A DNA stretch of 64,000 bases from Mobula hypostoma (Eukaryota): the NCBI RefSeq assembly GCF_963921235.1, contig NC_086105.1, positions 122,760,001-122,824,000 of the forward strand, read 5' to 3'. The notes beneath the pieces are model-generated. The model made no database searches, was not told the DNA's origin, and saw only the letters and a program-made list of their open reading frames with translations. The number at the start of each line of letters is the position of its first letter. Position 1 is the stretch's first letter. The position numbers and the translations under genes are program-made. This document shows, one piece after another, positions 25,390 to 37,006 of the stretch.

Positions 25390-25699
25390 CTAATATTTCA
25401 AAACAAAGGAAACATGGTTGGTAAAATTACAATTATTTCTCTTAATACCTTAACGTGCTATGAAATCTCTGCCTTCATTTCTGACAGTTGCTTCTGGCCA
25501 GGAAATCTCGTTTTTTCCTGAACCGTGACACTAGAATGTCACCATCTGACCAGTCATCTCGAGAAGGTATAAAGAATTACCATTGACTATGGTACAATTT
25601 AAAATGGCATGTTTACTAGTTCGGCTCCATTTTATTCCACTTAGTTCAGTCCTTTTCCACCTACACTTGCGACAACTCACACGTTCTTGCTCTCCTCAA

Positions 25700-27442
25700 C
25701 AACGTTCAATTTCCTATCCTGACTGCCTCATTTTCACCATAGATGTTCAGTCCCTATACTCTTCCATCACTCATCAAGAAGGCCTTAAAGTTCTCTGCTT
25801 CTTTCTCGACAAAAGACTCAACCAGAACACCTCCACCAGCACCTCCTCCGTCTGGTGGAACTAGTCCTCACCCTCAACAGTTTCTATTTTGGCTCTTCCC
25901 ACTTTCTCCAAACTCAAGAGGTAGCAATGTGCACCTGCATGGGCCCCAGCTATGCTGCCATTTTGTTGGCTATGTGGTACAGTCCATGTTCCAAGCCTTC
26001 CCTGGTAATGCTCCCCAACTCTTTCTGTGCTACATTGACGACTGCATGGCGCTGCTTCATGCATTCATGCTGAGCTCGTCAATTTCATCAACTTGGTCCT
26101 TAACTTCCACCCTACCCTTAAATTCACTTTGTCCATATTTGACACCTCTCTCTTCTTTCTCGATCTGTTTCCATCCTTGGAGACAAACTGTCTATTAACT
26201 TTTCAAAACTACCAATTCCCACAGCTATATTTACTATACCTCTTCCCACCCTGTCTTCTGTATGCTATTCCCTTTTCTCAGTTCCTTTATTTTCACCGCA
26301 TCTGTTCCCAGGATGAAACTTTCCTTTCCAGATACCCAAGATGTCCTTCTTCAAAAAAGTGTTTCCCTTCCTCGACCATTGATGCTGCCTTCACCTGCAT
26401 CGCCACCATTTCTCAGACATCCGCACTCTCCCCTTTTTCTCACCGCCTCAACAGGGATAGATTCCTCTTGCTCCAACCTATCACCCCATGAACCTCCACA
26501 TCCAACACATCATTCTCTGTAACTTTCACCATCTTCAATAGGATCCTACTTCCAAACACATCTTTATTCTCCCCCCCCCCCACCCCGCTTTCCATAGGGA
26601 TCATTCTTTCCATGATTTCCTTGTCCATTCATCCCTCTCCACTAATCTCCCTCCTGGCACATATCTCTGCAAGCAAGAAAAAATGCGACACCTGTTCATT
26701 CACCTCCTCTCTCGCTTTCATTCAAGGCCTCAAACAGTTCTTCCAGGTGAGGCAACACTTCAAAAGCAAATCTGTTGGAATCATCTATTGTATCCAGTGC
26801 TCCTGATGTGCTCCCCTCTACTTTGGTAAAACCTGATGTAAGCTGCTTTATTGAGCACCAAAAGTTCCATCCGCCAAAAGCAAAATTCTCCTGTGGTCAA
26901 CCATTTTAAGTTTTATCACCAGTCCCTTTCCGACATGTTGATCCATGGCCTCCTCTTCTGCCACAATAAGGCCCCTCTCAGGGTGGAGGAGCAACACCTC
27001 ATATTCTATCTGGATAGTCTCCAACTTGAAGGAATGAACATCAATTTCTCCTTCCAGCAGTTCTGCATTCTCTTTTTTTTCTTTTCCCCTCCCCCTTCCC
27101 TCCTTTTAGTCAGCATTCTGGCCTCTTACCTCTTCTCCTCATCTGCTTATTACCTCCTCCTGGAGCCCCTCCTTCTTCCCTTTCTCCCAATGGTCTATCA
27201 GATTCCTTCTTTTCCTGCCTTTTATCTTTCCCACCCACCTGGCTCAACCTTTTCACTTTTAGCTAATCCTCCTTCCCCTCCCCCTAGTTTTTTATTCTGG
27301 CGTCTTCCCCTCCCTTTTCAGTCTCAGCCCAAAACGTTGACTGTTTATTCATTTTCATAGATGCTGCCTGAGCTGCTGAGTTCCTCCAGCATTTTGTGTA
27401 CTGCTCTGGATTTCCAGCATCTGCAGAATATCTTGTGTTTAT
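25700..27442 (+). mobile_element. Penelope-like retroelement (RT plus GIY-YIG), decayed
   Basis: FTIDVQSLYSSITHQEGL, MGPSYA, YIDD, AIPFSQF, Cys-rich linker, IIYCIQCS..LYFGKT. The hammerhead core is deleted from its terminus (about 27318-27343). Confidence 0.88.
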
Positions 27443-28080
27443 GCTTACTAGTTGTTGTTATTACCCAACTCATTCTTCCTTACTATTTTCCCAAGTGAGA
27501 GAAATAATAAAAGTCAAATCCTATTAAGCTAAACAACTAAGAATTTTAAAATTGAAAAGTTAAAGACAAATGAATGTTTTAATTTTTGTGTCGTTATTTT
27601 TCTTGATCAGATATAAAGTAGATTTAGTTTTACGCTAGTTGTAACTGAAGCATAAACTTACTGGCTTTGTACACTCAGGAGGGTCTACATTCCTTAGAAA
27701 ATATTCATACCAGCATACAGTTCTGCCAAAGGATCTTGGCCTGAAACGTTGACTACTTTTTTCCACAGATGCTGCCTGGCCTGCTGCATTCCTCCAGCAT
27801 TTTGTGTGTGCTGCTTATCATTTCAACATACTGGTTTATCTAGAGATGAGAAATTATCTTAACAAATTGCTAACTTAATGATTGAGAGAACCCTATCACT
27901 CCAAACAAAATCATTCAGTCCTTGTTTACTTTGAAACAATTGGAATTGATTTATGTAAAACAGTTGATGGTTGCACTTAACCTCCAATTCAGAGTTTGTC
28001 AAGCTAACAAATTTGGATGGAGACTGGAAATGATGGATCCGTTATCTGTTCAAAGGTCAAACCAATCAATAGCACAGTAT

Positions 28081-28316
28081 CGAGAAAATCTGCAGATGCT
28101 GGAAATCCAAAGCAACACACACAAAATGCTGGAGGAACTCAGCAGGTCAGACGGCATCTATGGAGAAGAAAAGAATAAACAGATGACATTTCAGGCCGAG
28201 ACCTTTCTTCAGGGTGGGTCTCCTGAAGAAGGGTCTCGGTCGTTAATGTCGACCGTACTCTTTTCCACAGATGCTGCCTGACCTGCTGCGTTCCTTCTGC
28301 ATTTTGTGTGTGTTGC
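28081..28316. mobile_element. Fold-back PLE-terminus insertion (two degenerate hammerheads back to back)
   Basis: Inverted repeat GCAACACACACAAAATGC.. / ..GCATTTTGTGTGTGTTGC. Confidence 0.8.
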
Positions 28317-28630
28317 AATGGTATAACATGTTACAACATATTGATTATGATAGAAAGGACATATCCAACGATGTGATTTCTGGGAATAATTATTCAAGCT
28401 CTCTATTAACTTATTACACAAAGCATTGGATGAACTCCGTCTGCCATGCAACATCTATGGAGGGAAATAGATAGTTAATATTTTGTTTCATCTGGAAGAG
28501 TCTTGACCCAAAGTGTCAACTGCAGTCTTTGTATCCCTACAATTTATTAGTTGCATTGCCATAATCAATGAAAGAGACCAATATATTTGCCTGATCTTCA
28601 GATATTGCCCTTGGATCTCTGTAAACATAT

Positions 28631-29257
28631 AGTCAGTAGCCACACACATCAAAGTTGCTGGTGAACGCAGCAGGCCAGGCAGCATCTATAGGAAGAGGCG
28701 CAGTCGACGTTTCAGGCCGAGACCCTTCATCAGGACCAGGTACTCTAGTACATCTGCTCATTAATGCAACTATCTAATCAGCAAATTAATGCATAAAGGC
28801 ATGCAGATATGGTCAAGAGGTTCAATTGTTATTCAGACCAAACAATTGAATGGGGAAGAAATGAGATCAAAGTGACCTAGACCGTGGAATGATTGTTGGT
28901 GCCAGATGGGGGGTGGGGGTAGTGTTTGAGTACTCAGAAACTCTTGCTATCCTGGGATTTTCACAGACAACAGTCACTGGAGTTTACAGAGAGTAGTTCA
29001 ATAAACAAATCAAATGAGCAGCATTTCTGTGGGTGAAAATGTCTTGCTAATGGGAGATCAGAGGAGAATCACCTGACTGGTTCAGGCTGATAGGTAAGTG
29101 ACAAGAAGTGCACAAGAAACGACACATCACAACAGTGGTGTACTGAAGAGCATCTCTGAATACATAACACATCGAACCATGAAGTGTATGGGCTAAAGTA
29201 GAAGACCAGGAACATACCTATTAGTTATCTCCTGTACCTAAAAAAGTGGTACTGACT
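28631..29257 (+). mobile_element. Non-autonomous Tc1-like deletion derivative with a PLE end inserted in its left TIR
   Basis: CAGTAGCCAC..GTGGTACTG ends; decayed MGKK*DQSDLDRGMIVGAR transposase N-terminus; PLE piece at 28641-28737. Confidence 0.75.
28702..28737 (-). ncRNA. Minimal type-I hammerhead motif, intact core
   Basis: Minus strand reads GGTC-CTGATGA-A-GGGTCTCGGCCT-GAAA-CGT-C-GACT. Confidence 0.75.
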
Positions 29258-29462
29258 GCCTCTGATAATGCTCCTTTTTTTCTTGTAGCAGTTCAAAATA
29301 AAAATGCCATTCTCTATTTGTTCATCTGTATCTATTGCTTAGTGAGGCTTTGCAGTAACTTTACCAGTTGCATTACTTCATTTATATAAACAGGATTTGA
29401 TGAAATCATATATTCCAAAAATCACACATTGGAGAAAATTGTCACAAATAAAAACTACTTAC

Positions 29463-29574
29463 AGTAGCAACAATTAGTTTCGATGCTGAAGAAATTAGTC
29501 GTAGTACTTCATTCCTTGAGATATGAGGAGCTGGCTTTTGATGGAGAACTTTGGGTAAATGGTGGATCCCATCC
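29463..29574 (-). CDS. PLAT-gene putative exon 8
   Basis: AG/GTAAGT, phase 2-0; DGIHHLPKVLHQKPAPHISRNEVLRLISSASKLIVAT. Confidence 0.6.
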
Positions 29575-29977
29575 CTGTATTTACCAAAATATTAATATGT
29601 GGCTAACTTGTAGCCAAAATGAAGATAATTTTTTTAAGTCACAACAAATTATAAGCAAAATAATCTCCAATGTGAGAAAATGTCAAAACACATCTTAATA
29701 ATAAATTATTTTAAAATCTTATTACTTATTTGCCTTCTGCAAAGAAGCAAATAGGTTGGTAATATATGCTTAATACTTACACAGTTAAATATTACATCAA
29801 GCACATTTTAGAAAATTCTCTGAATCTACATATTGTTAAAAACTGTACATTTAACTTCTCTATCTTTTCTTTTTAAACTCACTGTTCTATTTTACCATAA
29901 TGATCTGTTTCATTCTAGATAAACTAAAATGAGAAAATTTGAGACATTTGAATTTTTTAAAAATCCACACTAAAAAT

Positions 29978-30165
29978 CACAAATGAGAGAAAATCTGCAG
30001 GTACTGGAAATCCAAACAACACATACAAAATTCTGGAACAACTCAGCAGACCAGGCAGCATCTATGGCAAAGAGTACAGTCAATGTTTTGATCCGAGACC
30101 CTTAGCAGAACTCTTATCATAGACGCTGCCTGTCATGCTGAGTTCCACCAGCATTTTGTGTGTGC
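29978..30165. mobile_element. Fold-back PLE-terminus insertion
   Basis: Inverted PLE ends; degenerate 14-bp TSD TCCACACTAAAAAT / TCCATACTGAAAAT. Confidence 0.75.
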
Positions 30166-30271
30166 TCCATACTGAAAATAGTGCATCAGTAGGGAATGGA
30201 ACCTTTAATCTGACTAATTTGAAGATAAATACAAGTTCTAACTAAATTGAAACAAGGTAATAAAGTTTTAC

Positions 30272-30323
30272 CTTTTTTCAGTCTTCAGCTTTTCCAGATT
30301 GAGTGCATTTTGGGGTCCAAAAT
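30272..30323 (-). CDS. PLAT-gene putative exon 7
   Basis: ttttAG / AG|GTAAAA, phase 1-2; FGPQNALNLEKLKTEK. Confidence 0.55.
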
Positions 30324-30464
30324 TCTAAAATGGATTTAAAAATTATTAAGCCAAAAAGATGAGTTGAGCTGAACTCCTTTAACATTATCAATTTTCATGC
30401 CCTATGGATAAGTTTCTCTTTATCTATCTTGATAGCTTAAAAGAACGTGGAACTTCCTTGGTAC

Positions 30465-30507
30465 CAGTTGAAAAACAACATGGTTTTTCTAGTGTCCTGG
30501 ACATTAC
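30465..30507 (-). CDS. PLAT-gene putative exon 6
   Basis: Good pyrimidine tract and AG, weak GTACCA donor; phase 0-1 bridges its neighbours; VMSRTLEKPCCFST. Confidence 0.4.
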
Positions 30508-30537
30508 CTTAAACAAAGCATTAAGAAATGTCCAGCT

Positions 30538-30661
30538 ACACACATCAAAGTTGTTGGTGAACGCAGCAGGCCAGGCAGCATCTCTAGGAAGAGGTGCAGT
30601 CGATGTTTCAGGCCGAGACCCTTCGTCAGGACTAACTGAAGGAAGAGTTAGTAAGGGATTT
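30538..30661 (-). mobile_element. PLE-terminus insertion with hammerhead motif (30598-30633)
   Basis: 13-bp TSD GAAATGTCCAGCT at 30525-30537 and 30662-30674; minus strand reads AGTC-CTGACGA-A-GGGTCTCGGCCT-GAAA-CAT-C-GACT. Confidence 0.85.
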
Positions 30662-32720
30662 GAAATGTCCAGCTGTTTGATTTGCTACTTGAGATCATTT
30701 GTCATCTCCACTGCCAAATAATTAACAGGATTGTGGATTCTAAAGATATGGCCATATGATATAAAAATTGGAGAACTTTTTTAAAGCTACAATTTAGTTT
30801 GAGGAGGAGGGAAGTAGGCAAGGAATAGGGGAAAGAAGTGGAGAAGATCTACAGGAAGTAGAGAATTGCCAACGAGTTGTTTGGCTGAAGATAATTACAA
30901 TATATTTAATCAAATGTAAGCACCTCTGGATGGAGTTCACAGTTGAACAGATTGTTCTATGGGAGACAAAGCTTATCATTTAAAGTTAGGAGATATTTAG
31001 ACCTAACTGCTAAGTACAGTGAACTGCCAGGCGCATGCAATGAACTTGAAGTGTCAGGATTTTGAGTCAATATGGATGAGAAGATGGGGAGCTGCAGAAT
31101 GTAACATCCATAGGCTGGCAAATCCCTCACATAACTAAACCAGGAGTTTGGGGTGTTAAAGGCAGGATCAGTTGCAGCATTGGGCATATCTGAAAGTAGG
31201 ACATGAGACTGGTGAGCATACAATACTAAGTATAAAATAAATAGAGAATGCAGCATGTTATATGCAGTCCTGCTGCATATGACTGTGAATGATGGTGGCA
31301 GATAAAGTAAATTGATAACAGGCATTGGAGACTCCTGGATCATCCCCACCTGCAAGGCTGAAATGTTTACAACCATTTTGAGCCAGAAGTAGATCATTCT
31401 ACTCAGCTTCCTCCTCTCATAATAAATTCATTCCATAAGTATCCAAAAAAATGGCTACGTGCATTGGAAAGCCCAAGACTGCTGTTGACAAAAGAGCACC
31501 CCATTAAATTTTCATTATCATCATACAAAATGCATACTATTTACAAATTGTGCAGCAGCAACCAGCACAGATTTCATTAACATTAGATCCCAAACACACA
31601 GGTTTTACCACCTAAAAGGGCAAATGCAGCAGACACATTTATTCATGTTTTCCCACCATTCTGAATTGAACATAGATTATTTGTTTCATCGTTGTTACTG
31701 GGGCAGAATCCCAATTGTCCCTATAGCTGCAAAATAAGAGGACAATCATTTAAAACTGAGGTGTGTAGAAATTTCTTCTCTCAGAGGGTAGTGAATTACT
31801 GGAATCTCCTAGCCTGGAGGCGTTTGGAGGCAAGGTCTTAGAAAATTATGGCATAAGTTTTTGAAGGATACAGTAACTGAGCATTCTGGGGAACTGGCAC
31901 AAAGTTGAGCCTACACTGATAAACTAGAATGACATTGAAAAACAGGGCAGGCTTGAGAGACCTGCTGACCTACTCGTACTCATATTTTTGTGTGTGTCCT
32001 TGTGAATCTATCACTACATAGACTGCAACAATTCAAGCCATCAGCTCACCACTGCCTTCTTAGGACCTTCGGGATGAGCAATATATGTAGACTTTGCCAG
32101 CTGCACACACACTCCCTGAAGGAAAATAATGTACGACTTGGGATGAGAAGAATCGAAATTAATGTCAGGACAAACAAAATTGAAGGAAAGTGGAGATGGC
32201 AATGAAATGGGGATGTTAAACTTTGGATTAAAAAGGGGATTTAAAGTGATTTTGACAGCAAAGAGGTAGTGGGAATCATTTTTAATATTCTTAAAATTTA
32301 TTTTCTTATTAGATAATATTTCCAGAATTAAAATTACAAAGGCACTCAACACCTAATGGAGCACCTAGTAATTTTTAATGACACAAGAGATTATGGATAC
32401 TGAAATCTAGAGCGCCAAACAATCTTCTGGAGGAAGACAGTCAGTCAGGCAGCATCTGTGGGGTGGGGAGGGGGGAGGAATTGTCAGCATTTCAATTCAA
32501 AACCTTGTATCCAGACTGAGAGGTGAGAGCGGAATGGTTAATATAAAGAGGTGCAGTGGTGAGACTACAGTCCTTAACTCTTCACTGTAGCACAACTTTA
32601 AAAGAAGTGTTAATTCCAAAATGTTACTAATTGCTTTCAAGCAAATAAGTTAAATAGCAAATCAATACATTAATCTATCCCCAGATGTGCATACTATTTT
32701 AATTGTTTAAATAAACTTAC

Positions 32721-32918
32721 TGAAAAATCAAGTTTGGACAATTTTTTTCTAATCATCCTTTGCACGGTCATTTCCCTGTTGTAGTATAATTGCAGTTTTC
32801 GTTCCTGGTTTTCGATTGCTCTTCCGAAGTTCATCTGAAGAATTGTCTTAATATTAGGATCATTGAAATAACGTTTAGGGCTTCGGTCATGGACCTTTTC
32901 AATACCCACTATTGGAAG
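32721..32918 (-). CDS. PLAT-gene putative exon 5
   Basis: ttttccctctAG / GTAAGT, 198 nt open, phase 0-0; LPIVGIEKVHDRSPKRYFNDPNIKTILQMNFGRAIENQERKLQLYYNREMTVQRMIRKKLSKLDFS. Confidence 0.7.
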
Positions 32919-33514
32919 CTAGAGGGAAAAGTCCAATATAAAACAATAAAAACATGGTTAAAGTTAATGACTGAGCAAAAAAAAAGAAAATTTACTGTAT
33001 TGATCAATTTATGCAAATCTTTTGGTTTGGATTAGGTATGAATCAAATTTTGGATTTAAACTCCTGAGCTCATTGCTATAGAAGAGTAGCTAAAATGGTT
33101 TTCCATGGCCTTCCTTACTATTTTATTTCTACCAGAATACCTTCCTGTAAATGGTTACAAGTACATTCAGTGGAGAAGTGGAGTAAATGAAATCATCACC
33201 TGGACCCACCGTTCAAGTTCCCTCTATAGACTAAGTTATGAAATGAGTCTAACCTGCTTATAACCAATTGTAAAAATGGGCAGAGAGTGTTATCCTGGCA
33301 ATAGCGTCTGATGTTTTCTTCATGTGGCACTGAAACGTAACTAGCTCTCCATTTTCAGTAGCTGAATCAGATAACACTTCCCTAGAGTTGCTAGAGATTT
33401 CTCAAATGTTTGTGCAGCAATAAGGTTTTATTGGAAATAAATGTATATCCAGGGTTGCTGGTTGCTACTGGGTGTATTTAGAAAGGATTTAATCTATTTG
33501 TTCTTTTTTTGCTA

Positions 33515-33750
33515 TGTTTTGTAACTATAAAACATAAGAAATAATTGAAAGGAAAAGACATCTGAGAGATGCAAATCTTAGATGGTTCTTTACTTTAGCG
33601 AGGCATGTACATATCACATAGTAGCATCATATTGTATGTAATTCACGTATTTTTACATGTAACCCATAATGAATTATTTAAACCAACAAGACTGCTTAAT
33701 CAAACAATATTTACAATATTACTCAAATATCACTGAAATATTGAATATAA
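33515..33750. mobile_element. Possible decayed solo LTR
   Basis: TG start and AT-rich body resembling LTR repeats; recognised by eye only, no clean CA end or TSD. Confidence 0.3.
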
Positions 33751-33807
33751 ATTTTAATAAATTTCCCCCCCAGTTTTACTAATGATTCACATTTCTCAAG
33801 TTATCTA

Positions 33808-34185
33808 AACAACAGGAATTCTGCAGATGCTGGAAATTCAAGCAACATACATCAAAGTTGCTCTGAATATACCTCTTGCCCATCCTCTGGGTCACCCCCC
33901 CCTTGTCTTTCTTCCCGGACCTCCTGTCCCATGATCCTCTCGTACTGTCCCATGATCCTCTCGTATCCCCTTTTGCCCATCACCTGTCCAGCTCTTGGCT
34001 CCATCTCTCCCCCTCCTGTCTTCTCCTATCATTTTGCATCTCCCCCTCCCCCTCCAGCTTTCAAATCCCTTACTCACTCTTCCTTCAGTTAGTCCTGACG
34101 AAGGGTCTCGGCCTGAAACGTCGACTGCACCTCTTCCTATAGATGCTGCTTGGCCTGCTGCGTTCACCAGCAACTTTGATGTATG
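33808..34185 (+). mobile_element. Young PLE-terminus insertion with a short inverted end
   Basis: Perfect 14-bp TSD TCTCAAGTTATCTA at 33794-33807 and 34186-34199; 33808-33861 is inverted relative to the rest; 21-bp tandem duplication at 33924-33965. Confidence 0.88.
34091..34126 (+). ncRNA. Minimal type-I hammerhead ribozyme motif, fully intact (predicted cleavage after C34122)
   Basis: AGTC-CTGACGA-A-GGGTCTCGGCCT-GAAA-CGT-C-GACT: stem I AGTC/GACT, CUGANGA and GAAA cores, palindromic ACGU helix III, GUC triplet. Confidence 0.8.
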
Positions 34186-35086
34186 TCTCAAGTTATCTAG
34201 CTGGCTTTGTCTCAAGTGCTTTGATACACCATATACTTGACAATCAAAAACATGGGGAAGATCAAAACCAGAGATCTTTTGGATTGGATTAGGTATGAAT
34301 CAAATTTTGAATTTATTGAAATTATTGATAAATCCAATACAGACATTTTTTTGCCCAAAGGGAGATTAAAATGCAAAGTCTTTATAAAGGAAGTAATTGA
34401 AGCAAATTACTGGGCTACAATAAGGGGAAAATAATTAAAGATATTAGGGATGTGCTGGTAGAGATAGATGTAAAGTGATAGGAATCATGTTATCACTAGC
34501 ATAACACAGTTGATTTGCCTGTTTTTATGCCGCAGATATAAAATGTTACAGCTTCTGTGTTACTTAGTATTATCTTTAACCTCAATTCTACTTAAAAGAA
34601 AATTGAATTTACCAGCTTCAGGAAGGAATGCTCTGAAGCATGATGGTACATCGTTAAAGACCATTATTATTCACCTTCCACTCAACTAGAAATATCTCTG
34701 GAAATCTCACATGAATGCCATTTATCATTTGTTATCTCATCAGCTAGATTGCATAATGATATGACATTACTCATCCAGATTTTGCAAAGATAAATTAAAC
34801 AAATCAATTTACATTCACTGCATTGTTCTATGAAACTGATTGTACGTTTGGAGTTTCCATGTATGTAAATTCAAACTGAGTACAAAAACTGAAAAATCCA
34901 CACTGTTACATCATTACTATCAATACTTTATGGCATGTGATGGTATTACTGTTGGTCAGCAAACTGCTTAGCCCTTTGAGGCATATTTTATGCCCATTGT
35001 AATTCCTTCACATAAATATTTCAAAATGAGTGTTTTTAAAATGAGTATGGCCATTCCGAATGATATTGATATGTGTAACTAGGTGT

Positions 35087-35652
35087 CGTGCACAATCCAG
35101 ATTTGATGGAGACAGCTGTGAGAAGCGTGGAGGAACACCTGGAGTAACTTCTGAAATGCCTGCTTGGCTGCCGCTGCTACTGCGCGATCGAGAATCTACA
35201 GAGATGAGGGCCCCAAATCCTCGGCTTTGCCTATTGCCTGTTGCTGGGGCAGGGGTCGGAACGCTCGGCAGAGATGGTGCTCGGTGTCGGAGAGGTGGTC
35301 GGAGGCTTGGAGTTTTCGGACGGACTCGGAGTCGGACTACGGTCGGATGCTTCCAGTATGCTGCATCGGCAAGTTGGCGGCGCTGGAGGTTTACCGTATG
35401 CATGAGATGATGGGACTTCTGAGAGACTTTGAGACTATTACTGTGCCATGGTCTGTTCTTATCAAATTACGGTATTGTTTGCACTGTTGTAACTATATGT
35501 TACAATTATGTGGTTTTTGTTAGTTTTTAAGTAGGTTTGTCATCTGTTTCCATGATATCATTCTGGAAAAACATTGTATCATTTCTTAATGCATGCATTA
35601 CTAAATGACAATAAAAGGGGACTGCGTGTTCTCATAATCTAATCTAATCTAA
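35087..35652 (+). mobile_element. Non-coding retroposed repeat (family shared with 49295-49963), 5'-truncated
   Basis: Collinear similarity to the 49.3-kb copy; CpG-rich head, AATAAA and (AATCT)n tail. Confidence 0.75.
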
Positions 35653-36131
35653 AATATTAATAATTTATGAATGTATTTATTATATTGCATCTGTTAAGTC
35701 ATAGCTATTCATATCAATCCTCATTTAGCACGCTGATACAATGACCTACAAACTCAATTTCAATGACTCCTTATAACTCATATTCTCAGTATTTTTATTT
35801 GTACATTTTGTCTTCTTGTGCACATCGGTGCTTTTCAGTTATTGTTCAGTTTTTCATAAAATGTTATTGTATTTATTTTCAGTAAATGCCTGGAATAAAT
35901 CATCAAGAAAAATGTTCAAAGTAAACTTATCGGAATACATACTTTGATAATAAATTTACTTTGAACATGATTTTTAAAATAATGAATGTATAAATAAATC
36001 ACCTATTATTTTTATTTTAAAAAGAATAACTACATACAGGAAAGTTACATACAGTAGGTAGGTATATTCAATCAGAAATAAGTATCATGTTTACTTTCCT
36101 TAGTTGGAGACACTAGCTTGTACTTAAGAAG

Positions 36132-37006
36132 TGTTACGAGAATACACATAAAATTAAGATGTTTGCTGGCCTGGGCTAGCATCAGTGGCATCAGCAGTTG
36201 GTCTGCCACCTGCCCTCAGGGGAAGGAGAGATAAGGAACAATGGAGCAGCGTCTGGAGATGTGTAATGAAGGAACGGGGGAGAGAGAGCTGTCTGGAGCG
36301 GCTCCCCCCTTTGAACCCTGAACTGTTTGAAGTGATGGACAGGCGATACCCCAGCAGGGGGATAAAAAGGGACAGGTTCGCTAAGACAGGGACACACGCC
36401 ACCCGAGGTAACGAGAGCCTGGAAGCGATGCGCCTCTCACGAGTGGGTGAGAAGCACCAGACAACGACAAGGGTGGAAAGGTACGATCAGCGGGAACCCG
36501 GTGTGTGTCCGCCCTTGCCTGGGTGCCGGGTTCACTGCAGAGGATCGACCGCATCTGGAGGAGGGGTCACAGTCGGTGACCTCAGGTGACATCACCAAGG
36601 ACCCGCCCAAAAGCTGTTTGTGAGCCATCTCGCTGGTCTGTGAGCCATCCCGCTGGTCTGTGAGTGAAGCAGTGTTCTGAATGATCAATTGTTCCTATTC
36701 TATCTCTCTCTCCCCCCACGTTGTCCCTCGCCATGGCAACGATTACTGCGAACTGAACTGGACTGAACTTTGAGTCATTTTGAAATTTGGTCATTTACCC
36801 CTAGACAACGATGGAGCTTGATTGATGCTGTTATCTTAATTCTGTGCACATGTGCGTTTATCATCGCTGAACTGTTGCATTTATTATCCTTTCGATTACT
36901 GTGTTGCTCGTTTCTTTAATAAAACTTTCTTAGTTCTAGTACTCCAGACTCCAACTGAGTGATCCATTTCTGCTGGTTTGGCAACCCAGTTACGGGGTAC
37001 GTAACA
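36132..37006 (+). mobile_element. Solo LTR, 875 bp
   Basis: TGTTACG..CGTAACA inverted ends; 4-bp TSD GAAG (36128-36131, 37007-37010); GATAAAA at about 36361; AATAAA at about 36918. Confidence 0.88.

Noticed and set aside
25449-25590. Possible extra minus-strand exon with AAG|GTATTA donor
   Set aside because: Stops in all three frames and would leave only a 59-nt intron.
33876-34240. Recurring short ORFs (TKGLGLKRRLHLFL, DEGSRPETST, LVNAAGQAAS; also at 30404 and 55674)
   Set aside because: They are translations of the PLE terminal repeat and hammerhead, not a peptide family.
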